Positions 59,573 through 64,000 of a stretch of 64,000 nt of DNA are shown here, piece by piece. Position 1 is the stretch's first letter. Every line of letters begins with the position of its first letter. The notes beneath the pieces were generated by a model, which was not told where the DNA came from, did no database searches, and was given only the letters and a program-made list of their open reading frames with translations. A program made the translations under genes and the position numbers. Source of the DNA: an uncultured bacterium. GTDB lineage: Bacteria > Fidelibacterota > Marinisomatia > Marinisomatales > UBA1611. The stretch lies in NCBI GenBank assembly GCA_943788175.1, contig CALSPG010000001.1, positions 320,001 through 384,000 of the forward strand, written 5' to 3'.

Positions 59573-59575
59573 ATA

Positions 59576-60406
59576 TTAACCTTTTTTAATAGGTTCTCTA
59601 TAGGTCTGAAATGGTATCAACAACAGGTTTTTCAGACTAGTGTGGTCTTTTTTATCCATATGAGTGTCTAAACCATATACCAAAGATGTCACATCTTCTT
59701 CATATACCGCAGTGCCAAAAATATGATCCCAAAAAGAGAAAATATTACCATAGTTTGTATCTGTATATGGCTGAACGTAATGGTGGTGAACTTTATGAAA
59801 GTGCGGTGTGACGAATACATATGATAAAAGCTTATCTACCCCTCTTGGCATTTGTATGTTAGCATGAGTTAAGTGTGCAAAAAAAGCAGAGATAGTCTGA
59901 TAAAACATAACAAGTCCAAACGCTGGACCAACAACAAGAACAGCAAGTGTTGTAAAAGCCAATCGAAGAATATTCTCACCTGGATGATGCCTCAATCCGC
60001 TAGTAACATCAACATTTGTATCAGAGTGATGGATAATATGAAATCTCCACATCCACCTTACCTTGTGTTCAAGAAAGTGAATCAACCAAGCTCCAATTAG
60101 ATCCATTAAGGCAAGTCCAATAATAACATACAGCAAAACGGGAAGATCGATCATATGTAATATTCCAAATTGATTACGTTGAGTATAGTCAACGGCAGCG
60201 ACGATCAACGCAGCACCAAAAAGATTAATAACCAGTGTTATGAGTGTAAAGGTGATGTTAATAGCGGCGTGTTTTCTTTTATGATAATTAAATCGAAATA
60301 AAGGAGATAGGGCCTCTATAATTAAAAAAAACGATAACCCTGAAACTAAAAATAGAGTTCTTACACTAGTAGGTATATTTTCAAAATAGGTTAAAACTTC
60401 TTGCAT
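59576..60406 (-). CDS. Sterol desaturase/fatty acid hydroxylase family protein
   Basis: His boxes HFLEH, HIIHH, RHHP, HKVHH; NYGNIFSFWD. Confidence 0.92.
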   Translation of the reverse strand: MQEVLTYFENIPTSVRTLFLVSGLSFFLIIEALSPLFRFNYHKRKHAAINITFTLITLVINLFGAALIVAAVDYTQRNQFGILHMIDLPVLLYVIIGLALMDLIGAWLIHFLEHKVRWMWRFHIIHHSDTNVDVTSGLRHHPGENILRLAFTTLAVLVVGPAFGLVMFYQTISAFFAHLTHANIQMPRGVDKLLSYVFVTPHFHKVHHHYVQPYTDTNYGNIFSFWDHIFGTAVYEEDVTSLVYGLDTHMDKKDHTSLKNLLLIPFQTYREPIKKG

Positions 60407-60422
60407 TTGATAATACTCTAAA

Positions 60423-63400
60423 TTATTTCAAAAGAACCATTTTTTTCATTTGATTATACGTCCCAGCGCGAATAGTATAAATGTACATTCCTGCACCAAC
60501 CGGTAATCCCTTATCATTGGTTGCATTCCATACGGTTGTATGATATCCAGCTGAGATATTGCCCTGGATTAATGTTCTTACTTTCCTTCCCATCATATCA
60601 TAAACGCTAATTGTCACCATCGACTGCTCAGGGATTGCATAGCGTATCTGCGTGCTAGGGTTAAATGGATTGGGATAATTCTGTTCCAATGCAAACACAG
60701 TAGGTACAGTCACCTGTTCAGATGATGAGAGAACTGCTGCTGCGATATCGGAAGCATCGCTCTCATTACCAGCACTATCAACCGCTGTAATCCAGTATTC
60801 ATATAATCCTTGAGTACCTTCATGGTCAACATAAAAAGAGTCTGTTGTGGTAAAGACCATCGCAAGATCAGCACTGTTAAGATCGTTTTTGTAAATATTA
60901 TGATAACTAAAATCCTCATCTACCTGCGTGTTCCATTGTAATACAACGCTAGAACCGCTCTCAAGCGCAGTTAATCCTTGAGGCACTGTTGGGTGTAGAT
61001 TGTCAACAGAAAAGCCTGTCACAGGTTCAGAGACATGGTATAGTGCTACATCTTCAGTATGAGCTGTTACTCTAAACGTACTATGGTGAACGCCATGAGT
61101 AGTAGAGTCTCCAAGTGTTGGAACGACAAGACTGTACTCATCCTCCGTACCAATCCAAGGTACTGTCGCAATAAAATCCCAGAGATCTGATGTGTCAGCT
61201 TGGAACTCTACTGGAGAATGGTACCAAGAAAAACCACCTCCGCTATTATTACCAAAGTAGCTTGTAAAAGTAACATCATAGTATTCATCACTATCTATTA
61301 GATAAAGAGAAAATACCGGAGTACCGGCAAGTTGCTGGACTAGTGTTTGATTTACATTATATCCCGATTGCAATATCGCAGCATTTAATGACGTATATGC
61401 TAGATCTGAATGGCTTTCATCTAAAGTAGCGCCCCATCTCCAACTTGTTCCAGATGGTCCATTCGGATCGTAACTATCTTGTGAGAAAATATTAAAGATG
61501 CCCTGATTACTAGCCCTAGTTAGCCAGACCGTTTCTGAAATACGGTCTTGATTTTCTTCTAAAGTCCAGTCTGCGTTATTCTCTTTGGTAAAATATACAA
61601 TGTCTGGTTCTGGATTTACTTTTCTCCATGCAGAAAACTGAGTAAATAGTAATGATGGATCTACCTGACCAGGCTTCCATACGATTTGCATCTGCTTACC
61701 CTGGTCATTTGCTACGTCTCTTAAACTTAATATCTCCGGACGGTGGTCTGCGATATAAACTGTAAACTGCTCACTTACAACATACTCACTATCCGATACA
61801 CTCAAGGTAAATACATACTCCCCATCTTGCTCTGGCTGACCTACGATCTTCGATCCATCTAATGATATCCACGAAGGTGTTCCTTCAAGGGTAAAAAAGA
61901 TATCAGAGTCTATATCATCTGCATAGATCCAGTGCTCTAGTCCTGATGTAATGTCCCCCATAGCGTGGAAATGATCCATCGTAAAAAATGGAGCATCATT
62001 CACAGCAATGACATCAATAGTAAACTCCTCTACATCAGACGCTCTGCTCATATTATCATTAGCAACAACAACGATCTCTGCTGTTCCATTCCAATCAGCA
62101 TCTGGAGTGATATAAAGAAGTGTATCGTCTACAAAAGCAGATACTCTGTCCTGGGAGCTATAGGCATAAACACTTAGTTCAGCATTATCAATGTCACTAG
62201 CAAATACGGCAAGAACCAGTGTCGAGTCTTCAGACATCGATGTATCTGCAAAAGCAGATAACACCGGAGCATCATTCATCGGCTCTACAAAAAGATGTAT
62301 CATCGCAGTATCAGATAGAAAATCAGCTGCGCCATCAGTGGTGCCATTATCTGTTACAGAAAATAGAAAACTATCTGCACCAAAAAAGTTCACATCAGGC
62401 GTGTAAGTAAACTCTCCGGAGGTATCAATTACGCTTAGAGTGCCGTTCGACGTGCTTAAAGTAATACTATAGCTTAAATCTTGCATCTCTTGCTGTGTAG
62501 GGGAATAATCTCCGTCTTCAGCATGTAGTTCTCCATGAAGCGTATCATCCTCTGCTATCATAAAATGATCACCTATTGCTACTGGTTTATCATTCACTTC
62601 GGTCACTTCTATGGTAACCATAGCGGGTTCACTGTAGGCTTCACCATCATAGGCTACATACTTAAACGAGTCTAAACCAAAAAAATTATTGTAAGGGGAA
62701 TATGTAACGGTAGAATCTGTTATGAAAACGACCTCCCCATGAAATGGACCATCTAAGATCGTATAGCTGATAGTGTCATTATCAGCGTCCTGTGAAATAA
62801 GATCAATATTTACTGGCACATCCTCAACGGATGAAGATGAAAATGAATTTGCCACTGGAGGTTGATTTTGATTTGACTCACCCCCCGCTAACCAGTAAAC
62901 CATCTGCTCTAATAACTGATCCTCCACGCCGGAACGCATGCCGCTAGTAACATAACTAGTGCTAGCAATGTACAAACCACCTAAATATCCGGTCCTACCA
63001 TTACTGCCATGATCATGAACGATTATAGGATAAGCATCATCAATATTATTAAAACCACCTAGCTTTTCGGCACCTGGATCAATAGATGTTGCATATTCAG
63101 TATAATTGCAGGTTGGAGTAAAATTTGAGATACCATTGGTCACTGGATGGTCATTTTGAACTATAGAAATTTGCCCTGGTTGTTGATATTGGTAACCCGG
63201 ATTCTGCGCGTAAGGAGTAATCGCGGCTAGATCAGCATTGCCAGTATAATATGATTGTGTCTCATAAATAAACCAGCTTAAAATGAGTATACCGCCACCA
63301 TTTTGTAAATATGTATTCAAGTTAGGATAAAAATTAGATGACCATGTAGTATATCCTCCATCTCCATGTCCTGAACCACCAATAATTATAACATCATAAT

Positions 63401-64000
63401 CAGAGATTTCCGAAATTTCATCTGCTTGGTTTAAAGTCAAAGTGACCGCAGAAAAGTCAAAATAGGTATCATCATTTAATTGCGCTGCAACCAATTCTTT
63501 AGTGCCAAGGTTAGAATTACTGACAACGGCAACCTTAATGGAAGATGCATTTTCTTCATTCCAAGACGCACCGTTAATAACAGCATTGTTATTATTTGAA
63601 CTTAAATCATTCGCTGTGCTACCCTGACCTTCATTAAAGCGCCAATAGCAAACTAAATTTCCAGCAGAATTGTAACCAGAGGTATTCGAACTAAGATTTA
63701 CGTGATTATAAATTGCATTTACCTCGCTACTAGGTATTGATTTATTCCAGATTGCAACATCGTCTAAACTCCCATTTAAAAAGTATTGCGGGTTAGATGA
63801 ATAGCTTTTTTTAGCACCAAGCTCGAGATTTCGAGTATTGTTTCCATTCGCGGTTAATCCTGATATTGAAACACTAGATTCTTCATCTAAAGAGCCGTTG
63901 ATATAAATTTTAGATGAGCCATTATCGGTGGTAATAAGAATATGGTACCAAGTTTCAATCTGAGGAGAAAAACTTGAACTCATTTCTGGCCAATTCCCCG
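60423..64000 (-). CDS. Large surface protein: LamG, Ig/cadherin-like repeats, FN3, FlgD/T9SS-like C-terminal domain (5' truncated)
   Basis: WYHI...IYING...G.LDDVAIWN (LamG); repeated VNDAP/F.G.DSF modules; QNYPNPFNP...KKMVLLK. Confidence 0.85.
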   Translation of the reverse strand, partial: GNWPEMSSSFSPQIETWYHILITTDNGSSKIYINGSLDEESSVSISGLTANGNNTRNLELGAKKSYSSNPQYFLNGSLDDVAIWNKSIPSSEVNAIYNHVNLSSNTSGYNSAGNLVCYWRFNEGQGSTANDLSSNNNNAVINGASWNEENASSIKVAVVSNSNLGTKELVAAQLNDDTYFDFSAVTLTLNQADEISEISDYDVIIIGGSGHGDGGYTTWSSNFYPNLNTYLQNGGGILILSWFIYETQSYYTGNADLAAITPYAQNPGYQYQQPGQISIVQNDHPVTNGISNFTPTCNYTEYATSIDPGAEKLGGFNNIDDAYPIIVHDHGSNGRTGYLGGLYIASTSYVTSGMRSGVEDQLLEQMVYWLAGGESNQNQPPVANSFSSSSVEDVPVNIDLISQDADNDTISYTILDGPFHGEVVFITDSTVTYSPYNNFFGLDSFKYVAYDGEAYSEPAMVTIEVTEVNDKPVAIGDHFMIAEDDTLHGELHAEDGDYSPTQQEMQDLSYSITLSTSNGTLSVIDTSGEFTYTPDVNFFGADSFLFSVTDNGTTDGAADFLSDTAMIHLFVEPMNDAPVLSAFADTSMSEDSTLVLAVFASDIDNAELSVYAYSSQDRVSAFVDDTLLYITPDADWNGTAEIVVVANDNMSRASDVEEFTIDVIAVNDAPFFTMDHFHAMGDITSGLEHWIYADDIDSDIFFTLEGTPSWISLDGSKIVGQPEQDGEYVFTLSVSDSEYVVSEQFTVYIADHRPEILSLRDVANDQGKQMQIVWKPGQVDPSLLFTQFSAWRKVNPEPDIVYFTKENNADWTLEENQDRISETVWLTRASNQGIFNIFSQDSYDPNGPSGTSWRWGATLDESHSDLAYTSLNAAILQSGYNVNQTLVQQLAGTPVFSLYLIDSDEYYDVTFTSYFGNNSGGGFSWYHSPVEFQADTSDLWDFIATVPWIGTEDEYSLVVPTLGDSTTHGVHHSTFRVTAHTEDVALYHVSEPVTGFSVDNLHPTVPQGLTALESGSSVVLQWNTQVDEDFSYHNIYKNDLNSADLAMVFTTTDSFYVDHEGTQGLYEYWITAVDSAGNESDASDIAAAVLSSSEQVTVPTVFALEQNYPNPFNPSTQIRYAIPEQSMVTISVYDMMGRKVRTLIQGNISAGYHTTVWNATNDKGLPVGAGMYIYTIRAGTYNQMKKMVLLK

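Noticed and set aside
1-64000. CRISPR arrays, rRNA, IS elements, prophage
   Set aside because: No regularly spaced repeats, rRNA-like tracts, transposase, integrase or phage structural genes were recognised, and intergenic gaps are very short.

Overview
This is an AT-rich, tightly packed bacterial chromosome segment. Its gene content and several NYPNPFNP/FlgD-type C-terminal sorting domains suggest a marine FCB-group organism such as Marinimicrobia; that assignment is inference only. 1-16.6 kb holds accessory genes: Ig/FN3 proteins, cutC, GH30, an esterase, a HExxH protease and an MFS transporter. It also hides a probable selenoprotein: an in-frame UGA in a UxxC thioredoxin motif, a SECIS-like hairpin, a signal peptide and a sorting domain. 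16.6-27.6 kb is core translation and housekeeping (tRNA-Arg, folD, zapA, pheST, rplT, rpmI, infC with an ATA start, thrS, tRNA-Val, S41 protease, tmk, rsmI). 27.6-31.8 kb encodes lysine/ornithine catabolism (lat, ALDH7/pcd-like, rocD-like). Immediately upstream (31.9-38.6 kb) lies a seven-gene cluster of unknown function: a GlmL/MutL-like actin-fold ATPase, a barrel-sandwich/KOW protein, a small protein and four membrane proteins, with no B12 mutase in the window. 39.4-53.9 kb has many genes broken by small indels, probably sequencing error. The window ends with acetoacetyl-CoA synthetase, a methyltransferase, a sterol desaturase-family gene and a truncated large surface protein. No CRISPR array, rRNA or mobile element was seen.
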